Counted from the stretch's first letter, positions 1 to 8,966 are shown. The stretch: DNA of 64,000 nucleotides from Nitrospirota bacterium (GCA_040754455.1 JBFMCP010000014.1:1-64000), one strand, 5' to 3'. The notes: a model not told the origin generated them from the sequence alone. Numbers and translations: made by a program.

Positions 1-1
1 T

Positions 2-112
2 GATGAGACCGTTCGGCGCGAACTCCAGCGCTTAGGCTATATATGGAAACGCCCTCGGTACGTACTTGCACCCGATCCCGATCGGGAGAAAAAAAAGAAA
101 AATCATCTGTAA
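2..112 (+). CDS. IS630 transposase OrfA, C-terminal part (winged-helix region), partial at window edge
   Basis: Frame 2 reads DETVRRELQRLGYIWKRPRYVLAPDPDREKKKKNHL*, typical of the IS630 HTH-to-catalytic linker. Not in the ORF track. Confidence 0.8.
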   Translation, partial: DETVRRELQRLGYIWKRPRYVLAPDPDREKKKKNHL

Positions 113-665
113 GATCAGAGGATTGCCACCTCGCAGTGTGCTGTTGTTTGAGGATGAGACCGATCTGCTGCTGTTTCCTCCCCTGCGCTCGATGTGGTCT
201 CTGAGAGGACGGTCGGCAGAAGTTCTCCTGCAGGGACATAATGCGCGACGGGTGGTCTTTGGAGCCATGAATTTCAAAACGGGCAGACGCTGGTTTCTGA
301 TCAGAGAGCGACAGCGAAGTGAAGACTTCCGGGCTTTTTTGCATCTGCTTAAATGGCATTATCGAGGATGGCATTTGGCTTTGCTGCTGGATGGAGACCC
401 GAGCCATACTGCTAAGGCTTCTCAAACTCTTGCTTTTGAGATGGGTATTACGTTGCTGTGGCTTCCTACGCGATCTCCTCAATTGAATCCCTTGGACACG
501 CTGTGGGGTCAAGCCAAGGACATCATCAGTGCCAATAAACAACGAGCTTCCATTGACGATCTGGTGCATCGGTTTATTGACCATCTGGGCAGTCTGTCTG
601 ATTATGAAGCCCTGCATACGTCCGGCATCCTCTCTGATAACTTCTGGTTAAAACGTTTTTTGTGA
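90..665 (+). CDS. IS630 transposase OrfB (DDE catalytic domain), probably joined to OrfA by a frameshift at the A8 run
   Basis: Track ORF 66..665 has DDE motifs but no credible RBS or start. It overlaps OrfA at GAG-AAAAAAAA-GAAAAA (86-102). Confidence 0.85.
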   Translation, partial: KKRKIICKIRGLPPRSVLLFEDETDLLLFPPLRSMWSLRGRSAEVLLQGHNARRVVFGAMNFKTGRRWFLIRERQRSEDFRAFLHLLKWHYRGWHLALLLDGDPSHTAKASQTLAFEMGITLLWLPTRSPQLNPLDTLWGQAKDIISANKQRASIDDLVHRFIDHLGSLSDYEALHTSGILSDNFWLKRFL

Positions 666-2737
666 CAAAACTTTTGCGGACTTGCTTAGCATTTATCATT
701 ATCCCCTTTACCTCCTCTTTCGCCGGAACGACCCGGTACTATTACGATGAATTGAATCGTTTGAAAAGGGTTGAATCCGGAAGTGCCAGCACTTATACCA
801 TCACTGCAGTAGCAGGCAGTAACGGCACGATATCTCCTTCCGGCTCGGTCTCGGTATCCAGCGGAAGCAGTAAGACATTCACTATTACGCCGAATAGCGG
901 GTACAAAGTAGCAGATGTTAAGGCTGATGGAGTATCCAAAGGACCTATAACCACGTATACGTTCAGTAATGTAACTGATAATCACACCATCGAGGCACAG
1001 TTTGCTGCGGTCAGCGCTACCTATCAACTGAGTGTCACCGTGAATAGTCCATCAGGGGGGACGGTAGCAAGCTCTCCTGCTGGTATCAATTGCGGCACTG
1101 ATTGCTCGGAAGTGTACAGCAGCGGCACTATAGTAACGCTTACTGCAACTCCGAATACTGGCTATGTTTTCAGCGGCTGGTCAGACGGAGGCTGCACTGG
1201 AACGGGCACTTGTACCGTAACCATAAATGTCACTACAGCAGTAACAGCTACATTCACTACCAGTACCTCGACAGAAGCCGTAGGTCTCATAAGGCAAAAC
1301 TGTACCGGCTACCCCAACTGTTACACCTCCCTGTCGGCCTGGGAGGCGGCTTACGGAGGCATCGACTTCGGCACGTGTACGCAAGGGGACCTGGTATGTG
1401 CTAATAAAGTTGCCGTAGCGAGGATCGAGGGGCCCTGGACTGCTCCGGATACCACCCCTGTTGTTATTGACGGCTGGACGACCGATGCCAGCCGCTATAT
1501 CCGCATCTACACCGCACCTGATGCACGCCATCAGGGGAAATGGAGCACGGATAAGTACCGGCTCGAAGCCAGCGGCGACAACATATACGGCCTTTTGACA
1601 TACGAAGGGTATGTAACAGTCGACGGTCTTCAAGTCAAAGTATCAACAGTGAGCCCTACCGGGTGGGTTGGAGGAATATGGAAAGGCAATGGAGTGGTAC
1701 CTCCTGTATATGTGTCGAATTGTATTGTACAGGGAGTATTGTTGGGCAACACCTACTCTGATGGAATCGGCACTTCAGGGCAGAGTAGCAGTGGGGTGAT
1801 GTATATGTGGAACAACATTGCGTATGGATTCAATTATGCTCCGGGCAATGTCCATCAAGGAGGGTTTTATTGCGGCAGCGGCACCTGTTATGCCTACAAC
1901 AACACCTCTTACGGCAACAATAAAGGGTTCTCCCGCTACTCCGGGACATTCATAGCAGTAAACAATATCAGTTACAATAATACCGACAATTACTACGGCA
2001 CGTTCACTTCATCAACCAATAATCTCTCCGGACCATCCCAAACCGATGCGCCAGGCACAAACGCCAGGAATGGTGTAACCGTAACTTTTGTAGATGCAGC
2101 CACTAACGATTTTCACCTCGCTACGACTGATACAGGGGCAAAGGATTATGGAGCCATAGACCCTGCTTCGGGGCTCTATTCTACCGACATCGACGGGCAA
2201 CCCCGCTCCGAGCCCTGGGACATCGGCGCCGATGAGGCAGCCACAGGGACACCGGTGAGCTATACCATCTGGCCGGAAACGGCAGTACCAGCGCAGCCCG
2301 CGATTAATGATGGACAGCCGATCGAGGTAGGGGTAAAATTCCGTTCGGACGTCAGCGGATACATTACCGGTTTGCGGTTTTATAAAGGTGCTGCAAACAC
2401 CGGCACGCATACTGCCACTCTGTGGACAAGCACGGGCACGCCGCTGGCAACGGCTACCTTCACGAATGAGACCCCTTCGGGGTGGCAGCAGGTGAACTTC
2501 GCTTCTCCGGTGGCGATCACGGCGAATACGACCTATGTGGCATCCTACTATTCACCTTCAGGGTATTTTGCTGTCAGCCTGGCATATTTTACCGTGGGTG
2601 TTGACGCGCCGCCGCTCCATGCGCTTGCAAATGGGGTTGACGGCGGGAACGGTGTCTATAAGTACGGCGACAGTGGATTCCCTACGCAGACGTTGAACTC
2701 GAATAACTACTGGGTGGATGTGGTGTTTCAACAATGA
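662..2737 (+). CDS. Secreted multidomain protein: partial YD-like motif, two InlB-B/Ig-like repeats, beta-helix-like region, C-terminal DUF4082-like domain; 5' end interrupted by IS630
   Basis: Hydrophobic leader ending SSFA. Motifs RYYYDELNRLKRVE, TFTITPNSGYKVADV...HTIEAQF, VTLTATPNTGYVFSGWS, DIDGQPR...WDIGADE and EVGVKFRSDVSGYITGLRFYK...NYWVDVVF. Confidence 0.75.
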   Translation: MTKLLRTCLAFIIIPFTSSFAGTTRYYYDELNRLKRVESGSASTYTITAVAGSNGTISPSGSVSVSSGSSKTFTITPNSGYKVADVKADGVSKGPITTYTFSNVTDNHTIEAQFAAVSATYQLSVTVNSPSGGTVASSPAGINCGTDCSEVYSSGTIVTLTATPNTGYVFSGWSDGGCTGTGTCTVTINVTTAVTATFTTSTSTEAVGLIRQNCTGYPNCYTSLSAWEAAYGGIDFGTCTQGDLVCANKVAVARIEGPWTAPDTTPVVIDGWTTDASRYIRIYTAPDARHQGKWSTDKYRLEASGDNIYGLLTYEGYVTVDGLQVKVSTVSPTGWVGGIWKGNGVVPPVYVSNCIVQGVLLGNTYSDGIGTSGQSSSGVMYMWNNIAYGFNYAPGNVHQGGFYCGSGTCYAYNNTSYGNNKGFSRYSGTFIAVNNISYNNTDNYYGTFTSSTNNLSGPSQTDAPGTNARNGVTVTFVDAATNDFHLATTDTGAKDYGAIDPASGLYSTDIDGQPRSEPWDIGADEAATGTPVSYTIWPETAVPAQPAINDGQPIEVGVKFRSDVSGYITGLRFYKGAANTGTHTATLWTSTGTPLATATFTNETPSGWQQVNFASPVAITANTTYVASYYSPSGYFAVSLAYFTVGVDAPPLHALANGVDGGNGVYKYGDSGFPTQTLNSNNYWVDVVFQQ

Positions 2738-2744
2738 TAACAAA

Positions 2745-2782
2745 GAGCGAGGGACTGGAAGAGTTACTTCAGGCCCTCGCTC
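2745..2782. terminator. Inverted repeat between convergent genes, probable bidirectional terminator
   Basis: GAGCGAGGG..CTGGAAG (2745-2761) pairs with CTTCAGGCCCTCGCTC (2767-2782). Confidence 0.65.
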
Positions 2783-3990
2783 TAAAACATCACCCTCAAG
2801 ACCTCATCGATGTTCTTCAATGCAGCTATTATCCCCGCCGCTTCAGACTGCTTGAGGGCAGCGCTGTCGATTGACATCACCATATCATATATTCCATCGA
2901 ACGCCGCTTTGACGTTCAGATCGTTATCCATCTTCCCTCTAAACACTTTTTCGATCCTGTTGCCGGGTTCACCTGTCTTGGACGTTCTCTTCTTTGTCTT
3001 TCTTTCAATGCTCCGTATCTGCTTCTTGAGTGCCCTCAGCTTTTCAGCAGTCGAGCGCATGGCCTCAGCCGAAAAGTTGAGCAGGGAACGGTAGTGGCCG
3101 TAAATGAGAAAGAAGCGTATTTCGCTCAAAGAGTACCCCTGTTTTTTAAGCGTGTCGGTGTAGATGATATTGCCTATGCTCTTCGACATTTTCTTGCCGT
3201 TGACATGGAGGTGGTGGCAGTGGAGCCAGAACCGCGCCATGGGGTAGGGCCGCACGGATTCGAGGATGGCAATAGAGTAGTCGTGGTGGCGGAAGAGGTT
3301 ATCGATGCCGCCGCAGTAGATCGAGAGGGTCTCATCAAAATAGTCGCTCACCATGCTGGGGTCCTGGATGTTCCATGAGGGTCTCCCCCTCCCGATTGCC
3401 GTGTCCCATGCACCGTTCGATGCCCCGTGCCAGAGAATGAAATCTCCCAGGTTCCACCGCATGCCCGGATAGGTATCTTTATGAAAGCGCACCTTTCTTT
3501 TCGGCCACCTGGACATATCGAGGCCGTAGAGTTTTCCGAACCCTGAAAATTTCAGAGGATCGAAATAGACATTCCCCCGGTACCAGTACGCGATGCCTTT
3601 CTTGAGCAGCTGTTGTATGATATCGACTGCCCTGTCGACATGCTCTGAGGCGCGGGGAAGATAGTCGGGCGTTTGCATGCGCAGAAGTGTCATCTCACGA
3701 CAGAATGCTCTGATGTTCCGCTCGGTCAGCTGCCGCATGGCGGTTTTCTCTTCCCTTGCTGCCTTGTAGGCCTTGTCTTCCACATCGGTGAAGTTCATTC
3801 CCCTCAGGACCTTGTAGCCCCGGTACTCCAGGTACCGCACGAGGATGTCTTCGAACAGGAAGGTCCTGAAGTTGCCGATGTGCGACCGCTGGTACACCGA
3901 AGGACCGCAGGTAAACATGTTGACCACCTTCCTGTTGACCGGCCGGAAGACTTCGAGCTTTCTTCCCATCGTATTAAACAGTTTCAGCAT
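2782..3990 (-). CDS. Cysteinyl-tRNA synthetase-like class I ligase paralog (divergent, lacks the C-terminal anticodon domain)
   Basis: Motifs MLKLFNT, TCGPSVY, HIGN, NFTDVEDK, DFILW, GRPSW, KMSKS, GHYRS and DALR-like MDNDLN. Start set at ATG 3990 by similarity to CysRS N-termini. Confidence 0.85.
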   Translation of the reverse strand: MLKLFNTMGRKLEVFRPVNRKVVNMFTCGPSVYQRSHIGNFRTFLFEDILVRYLEYRGYKVLRGMNFTDVEDKAYKAAREEKTAMRQLTERNIRAFCREMTLLRMQTPDYLPRASEHVDRAVDIIQQLLKKGIAYWYRGNVYFDPLKFSGFGKLYGLDMSRWPKRKVRFHKDTYPGMRWNLGDFILWHGASNGAWDTAIGRGRPSWNIQDPSMVSDYFDETLSIYCGGIDNLFRHHDYSIAILESVRPYPMARFWLHCHHLHVNGKKMSKSIGNIIYTDTLKKQGYSLSEIRFFLIYGHYRSLLNFSAEAMRSTAEKLRALKKQIRSIERKTKKRTSKTGEPGNRIEKVFRGKMDNDLNVKAAFDGIYDMVMSIDSAALKQSEAAGIIAALKNIDEVLRVMF

Positions 3991-3998
3991 ATTTAATT

Positions 3999-5363
3999 TT
4001 AATCCACTTTCAGATTTTTCCATACTCCTTTATGGAACCTCAGTGTCATCAATATACCCTGGATACTCATGGACGTCACCATCGCAGACCATACTCCCAG
4101 GGCGCCGTAGTCGAGGACAAGGGCAAGTATATAGGCGAGGGGGAGCCTGATGAGCCACATGGCAATGACAATGATCCACATGGTCCCTCTGGTGTCGCCC
4201 GCTCCCTGGAGACCTCCTCCAAGAATTGTGCTCAACGCCATGAAGGGTTCCGAGAGCATATTGACCCTCAGGTAACGGGCGGTCTCTTTGAGCACTGCCG
4301 GATCCCTTGTTACCATTGCAGCAAAACGTTCGGCCCAAATAAAAATTATCAGTGCCATGACACTGATAAACGTGATACCCGCAATGGCCATCTTCCATCC
4401 CACCTTTTCGGCCCGTCCGGGGTTGCGTGCCCCGAGGTTCTGTCCGACGAGCACTGACGACGCCATATTGAGCGCGAAAGCGGGAAGATAGATCACTGCC
4501 TCGATCCTGAGTCCATTGGTGAGCGAGGCGAGGGCCGTGATACTTTCGTTCCCCAAGCGCCCGAGAATGTTATAGAGCACAAGGCTCCCGGCGTTCCAGG
4601 CAATCTGGAGCATTGCCGCGGGCCAGCTGAGCATGACAATTCGCTTTATGAGAGCAGTCGAGATGCTCCACGGACCGGTAAAGATCGACTTCCACCGGCT
4701 GGAGTTGAGAAGGACGAAGTTGGTGATCATGCCGATGGTCACCGATGATGCTGTGGCGAGTCCGATGCCGGTATGCTCCAGTCTCGGGAAAGAGAAGAGG
4801 CCGAGCGCTAGCGTGAAACATCCGAAAATGTTGATGACACTTACCGTCGACATGGTGAAGAGCGTCTTCTTCACCTCGCCGCTGGAGCGGAAGATCGCAT
4901 TGGTGATAATTAGTATGTAGTTAGGTCCGATAGCAAGAGAAAAAATCTTCAGGAAGTCCTCGGCAATCGGGCGTATCCTTACGGGGAACCCCGCTGCTGC
5001 GATGATCTCGCGGTGAAGGGCTACGCCGGCTGTGGTAAGTCCTGTGGCGGCAAGGATACCGAAAAGGATCGATTGCTTCGCAATAGCGAGCGCGTCGTGC
5101 ATATTGCCTGCACCGAGCTCCCGTGCGAGCAGGGCCACCGTGCCGATACTGATCGCGTTCGCAATGAGAACAATGAGAAAGTAAATCTGGCTCACAAATC
5201 CGACTGAGGCCTGGACATCGGGGCTGATAAATCCCGCAACGTAAATATCGGTAAGTCCGACAAGGAAATTAAAGACCATAATGAGCAGCATGGGCCAGGA
5301 AAGTTTCCAGATGGCGGTCCACAGGCTCCCTTCGGTCAGACTAACGGTTCTTTCTCTCGTCAT
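3999..5363 (-). CDS. MATE family efflux transporter
   Basis: About 12 hydrophobic segments with MATE motifs (LSWPMLL, VGLTDIYVAG, VLVGQNLGA, LQGAGDT). GGAG precedes ATG 5363. Confidence 0.9.
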   Translation of the reverse strand: MTRERTVSLTEGSLWTAIWKLSWPMLLIMVFNFLVGLTDIYVAGFISPDVQASVGFVSQIYFLIVLIANAISIGTVALLARELGAGNMHDALAIAKQSILFGILAATGLTTAGVALHREIIAAAGFPVRIRPIAEDFLKIFSLAIGPNYILIITNAIFRSSGEVKKTLFTMSTVSVINIFGCFTLALGLFSFPRLEHTGIGLATASSVTIGMITNFVLLNSSRWKSIFTGPWSISTALIKRIVMLSWPAAMLQIAWNAGSLVLYNILGRLGNESITALASLTNGLRIEAVIYLPAFALNMASSVLVGQNLGARNPGRAEKVGWKMAIAGITFISVMALIIFIWAERFAAMVTRDPAVLKETARYLRVNMLSEPFMALSTILGGGLQGAGDTRGTMWIIVIAMWLIRLPLAYILALVLDYGALGVWSAMVTSMSIQGILMTLRFHKGVWKNLKVD

Positions 5364-5583
5364 GAGATGCTCTCCGATTTTGACGGCTATCGGTACTCCA
5401 TTGGCCGTAGCAAGTGCGTGCTGCGTCAGACAAAATGTAAGGGGCACCCGGCATCATTCCGCAGACAGGATAATTATATCAGGACTTGCGCATTCGGGCA
5501 TTGCTTTGATGCGTTTGCCCCGGATACATGCACGTCTTGTAAATCGGGATAGATGTGCTAGGATTGAAGAAGGAGGCATCTCT

Positions 5584-5967
5584 ATGAGAAAATCATTCTG
5601 GCTGGTCTTTAGTATGGTCGTATCAGTGTTGGTGCTTGCGAGCGGTGTCCGGGCGGGCTCGCTGGGCTATTTGACGCCTGCTGCTGCGGTGACAGCTCCC
5701 TATGCAGGGGGAGGAAGCATCCCGGTCTATGAGAGCATAGATACCCTCGAAGACGCGCTCTCGCGGGGGAACATCAATGGGGCGGTGATCTGCAATGCCA
5801 TTGCCGGTACGGCTGTCGAGATCTTCGATGAGACGAGGACCCGCCTTGACCCTTCCCGATACCCTGCCATGGGCGATTTTATGAGGGCAAGAATTCTGGA
5901 CGGCGACTGCAGCGGCAGAGAGGGCTGGGTCTCTATCACTAATCTCACCAGAAGGCCGCTCTCCTGA
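5584..5967 (+). CDS. Secreted hypothetical protein (127 aa), possibly SH3-like C-terminus
   Basis: AAGGAGG RBS before ATG 5584. Signal peptide MRKSFWLVFSMVVSVLVLASGVRA. Contains RILDG...GREGWV. Confidence 0.7.
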   Translation: MRKSFWLVFSMVVSVLVLASGVRAGSLGYLTPAAAVTAPYAGGGSIPVYESIDTLEDALSRGNINGAVICNAIAGTAVEIFDETRTRLDPSRYPAMGDFMRARILDGDCSGREGWVSITNLTRRPLS

Positions 5968-6355
5968 GGAGCAGGCTCACTCGCCGGCAGCAATCGCCCT
6001 TCGGTTATGTCATAAAAGATACCACACGCAGCGCGCTGTCAAGGCACGTTGTCGTTCTGCTGTTATGCTCCGGCGTAGCGCTTACCCGAGGCTGCACGCT
6101 TTTGCCTTGCACTCCCTTCAATAATCCTGCAGCATAATGTGCTTCATTTCTTAAGCCACCATCTGCCGTCTGCATCAAAACGCTACTCTGATAACCTTCT
6201 GAAAACGCAGCAAACAGCTGCAGCAACTTGCAAAAAGCCGCTGTGATAGGCTATTTTCAAGTGTTCGTCAGGTCCTGAACGAGCAGTGCCCGGGCGCGAA
6301 CCTGGCTGAAGGTACAGAGAGCGCGGCTTAGCGCAGTGAAAGGAGTGTGCAGTAC

Positions 6356-6496
6356 ATGTCGTGGGATGTGGCGCTTCATTTGCTGAATCAGCTCATCGAT
6401 ACAGCGAATGAAACCATGAATAAGTTTCTTTATCTCTTGATGCTCTTGTTGATGACCTGTTCCCTGTTTATCGGCAATTTCTTTTTTGACGAATAA
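6356..6496 (+). CDS. Small (46 aa) predicted single-pass membrane protein
   Basis: AAAGGAG about 11 nt before ATG 6356. Sequence MSWDVALHLLNQLIDTANETMNKFLYLLMLLLMTCSLFIGNFFFDE*. Below the track length cutoff. Confidence 0.5.
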   Translation: MSWDVALHLLNQLIDTANETMNKFLYLLMLLLMTCSLFIGNFFFDE

Positions 6497-6598
6497 TCAC
6501 CCCACCTCAGCCAACCTTTCTCGGGATCAATGCTTCGGATTGTCCGGCGTACTATGGATTCTCCTGGGAAGAGATGCGGCACAGCGAGACGTGCTTTT

Positions 6599-6865
6599 CT
6601 AAAAGAGATAGAGGCCGGCGCGGAATTTACCGTCAACGGGAAGACACCACTGGACTACTGCGTTCAGGGTCGGGGTGCCGGTGCTCTTGTTTTCGAATTC
6701 GATAAACTGTCCGAACTCCAGGGGGGTCTCACTCATAATGCCGAGGCCGCTGTTGCTCACATCGACGGTATTACAGCGGTGGTGCTCTTTCGCCGGATCT
6801 CCGTAGATCGAGAAATGCAGGGAGATGTCATGGGGTATTCTCATTTCTCTCCGTGCCTCTTTCAT
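6599..6865 (-). CDS. Stand-alone PilZ domain protein (c-di-GMP receptor)
   Basis: RxxxR (RREMR) and DxSxxG (DVSNSG) motifs, followed by beta-strand pattern AVVQWC...RAGLYL. Confidence 0.8.
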   Translation of the reverse strand: MKEARREMRIPHDISLHFSIYGDPAKEHHRCNTVDVSNSGLGIMSETPLEFGQFIEFENKSTGTPTLNAVVQWCLPVDGKFRAGLYLF

Positions 6866-6944
6866 GGGTACAAAATAGCATATACGGCGGTTAAAGTCAA
6901 TTGCCGCAGGCATGAGGAGAGGAATGTAAGTTCTTGATGAGACT

Positions 6945-8186
6945 TCAAAATCTCCAGCTTATGCCGAACTCGAAGGAATTCTCGGCGAGCTTTGAGGTGA
7001 GGGAAACATCGGGACCGCCCGGTCCGCCGAAATCCTTTCCTGTTTCGGAGGCGGTCTTCCTGAAGGCGTGCGTATACCCGATATTCATTTCGAATCTCTG
7101 CGTGAACCGGTAGCCCGCGCCAAAGGTGACGTGTGTTTCTGCGATGGCGGGAAATCCGATGATCCTCAGGAGTTCGTAATTGAAAGTAGATACGTTTTTG
7201 CCCTGCACTGGGGTGAACGATGCAGTATCAGCATTGAACCCCTGGTGGGTCCTGACCGGGTTCCGTCCGTAATTGATGCCGGCCCTCAGCGCAAGCGAAG
7301 ATGCCGGATTGTATTGAATGCCGAAGGCATACACCCACTGATCTCGCCAGTCGAAGTCACGATATCCTTTTGCATCACCCCAGTTGATCCACTTGACGTT
7401 GGCCTCAATAAGCAGGCGGGGCGAAGGTGCATAGGCAATGCCGGCCCCTGCGCTCTGCGGCTGTTCGAGCGTAAGATTATCTTTAATCCCATCGGTGTCG
7501 AAATGTGCAACGTCCCGATGAGTAATGCTCTGCGGAGAAACATAGGATATGCCCACGGCAAAAGGACATTTCTTGTAAATTGCCCCGACTTGGAACCCGA
7601 ATCCCTCACCGGATGAGGTACCGAGTCCCATATCCAGGGATGCATAGTCCACGTGAAAGCTTGCGCCAAGCGAGAGATGTTCGTTCACAAGGTAAGCGAT
7701 ATTGGGAGCGAGCTTTAAAACCCGATACTCGGTGAAGAGATCGCCTTGATGACCGGGGGTAGCTGGCTCAAGATCAAGCCTCTCCCGGTAGTCTACCCCC
7801 AATCCCGACGTCCCGTATGCTGCAAACCCGAACCGCCACTTATCGACGAGGGGAGTGGAGACACCGATTGCCGGAATCAGAAAGAGATCAGCTTTGCTTT
7901 TAGCGCTGGTATTGATCCCCGCGCCGGGAGACTTGACCTTTGCACGCGTCCTCGGTGCAAAGAGTGTTGTGGTAACGTTGGCTTCGGAGCGCGGACAGTA
8001 AGGGCCGAAGCACATGGCTGCAGGGTTTGCAAAGACCGCGCCGATGGGGTCCTGGGGCGCAGCGATCCCAACGCCGCCCATTGTCCGGGAGATCGGGCCG
8101 ATGCCCATGAGGTTGTCGCCGTTCGTCGCCTGGGCATCGCCGCCGAAAGCGAGAAATAGAACAAACAATAAAGACACGAAAAACAT
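6945..8186 (-). CDS. FadL/OmpP1/TodX-family outer-membrane hydrophobic-compound transporter
   Basis: Signal peptide, TNGDNLMGIGPISRTMGG hatch region, NPA motif (ANPAA), C-terminal Phe (ISWRF). Confidence 0.85.
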   Translation of the reverse strand: MFFVSLLFVLFLAFGGDAQATNGDNLMGIGPISRTMGGVGIAAPQDPIGAVFANPAAMCFGPYCPRSEANVTTTLFAPRTRAKVKSPGAGINTSAKSKADLFLIPAIGVSTPLVDKWRFGFAAYGTSGLGVDYRERLDLEPATPGHQGDLFTEYRVLKLAPNIAYLVNEHLSLGASFHVDYASLDMGLGTSSGEGFGFQVGAIYKKCPFAVGISYVSPQSITHRDVAHFDTDGIKDNLTLEQPQSAGAGIAYAPSPRLLIEANVKWINWGDAKGYRDFDWRDQWVYAFGIQYNPASSLALRAGINYGRNPVRTHQGFNADTASFTPVQGKNVSTFNYELLRIIGFPAIAETHVTFGAGYRFTQRFEMNIGYTHAFRKTASETGKDFGGPGGPDVSLTSKLAENSFEFGISWRF

Positions 8187-8330
8187 TTTTATACCCTTCC
8201 CTTCTGATGAAGCGCCTTGGTCCCCAGGGACAACAGTATTCGTTTTCGTGGTTTAGTTCAGGACGAATTCAGGGTTCTTATTATAACAAATTGCGATGAG
8301 TGAAAGGGGAGCAAAAAGGGGAGAAAAAAA

Positions 8331-8404
8331 CGCGCCCAGGAGGATTCGAACCCCCGGCCTGCAGATTCGTAGTCTGTCGCTCTATCCAGCTGAGCTATGG
8401 GCGC
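8331..8404 (-). tRNA. tRNA-Arg (anticodon ACG), CCA not encoded
   Basis: Reverse complement GCGCCCATAGCTCAGCTGGATAGAGCGACAGACTACGAATCTGCAGGCCGGGGGTTCGAATCCTCCTGGGCGCG shows acceptor stem, D-loop, CT-ACG-AA loop and GGTTCGAATCC T-loop. Confidence 0.97.
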
Positions 8405-8456
8405 ATTAAATATTAATTTTATCAGTATTTACCATGTTTTATCAACTTCGGTAAAC

Positions 8457-8966
8457 TTAAACCGCATAAAACCGCCATTTGCAGAAACACTCTGCCGGGT
8501 GCGAATCGGGGGGAGCAAAAAGGCACTCGACTTTGACATTCGGATCGATGACGGAGGCGAAGTTCTGAAACTCGGCGCCATGCATATGTTTACAGATGTA
8601 TTCGCCCTTGCCATGCTTCAATCTTCCTTCCTGCGGCGGACAGTGCGGCATCGAGACAATGAGCTCATTTCCCTTTTCTTCGACTTCGTAGTCGGCAATG
8701 ATCGTCCAGGGGAAGAGTGAATATGCCTGCCAGACGCCCTTCGGACCCTTCTCGAAAGGGCCGAAGCGTTTAAGGATGTCCCGTGCACCAAGCTGGCCCA
8801 CTTTGGCCCAGACCCCGGCATTCAGCTCCTCTGCTGCAGCGATGCCGAACCGGTCTTCGACCTTGATGAACCAGAAGGCATCGGTAAGCCTGAAGCTCCA
8901 CAAGAGAGAGCGGATATATTCCTTAAGCTCATCGGCATTCATCTTCTCGATGATCTCAAAACCCAT
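8457..8966 (-). CDS. DUF6125-like hypothetical protein with conserved Cys (possible metal binding)
   Basis: Pattern DAFWFIKVE...CPPQEGR...YICK...FASVIDP...ECLFAPPDSHP..CFCKWRF. CAGGAG RBS. Confidence 0.65.
   Translation of the reverse strand: MGFEIIEKMNADELKEYIRSLLWSFRLTDAFWFIKVEDRFGIAAAEELNAGVWAKVGQLGARDILKRFGPFEKGPKGVWQAYSLFPWTIIADYEVEEKGNELIVSMPHCPPQEGRLKHGKGEYICKHMHGAEFQNFASVIDPNVKVECLFAPPDSHPAECFCKWRFYAV

Larger units (their letters stand above)
1..688 (+). mobile_element. IS630-family insertion sequence, right part (left end lies outside the window)
   Basis: DDE transposase ORF with IS630-like motifs (FEDETD, LLLDGDPSH, LPTRSPQLNPLD). A short tail follows the stop and ends ...CTTTTGCGGACTTGCT-TA-G, consistent with a TA (CTAG) target. 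The exact end is inferred because the left IR cannot be seen. Confidence 0.8.

Noticed and set aside
3991..4023. Longer CysRS-like start at 4023 overlapping the MATE gene
   Set aside because: Family similarity begins at MLKLFNT (3990). An AAGGAG does precede 4023, so that start is not excluded, but it would not change the interpretation.
8331..8404. tRNA-Arg as the attachment site of an integrated island
   Set aside because: No integrase in the window and no duplicated tRNA 3' end noticed by eye.
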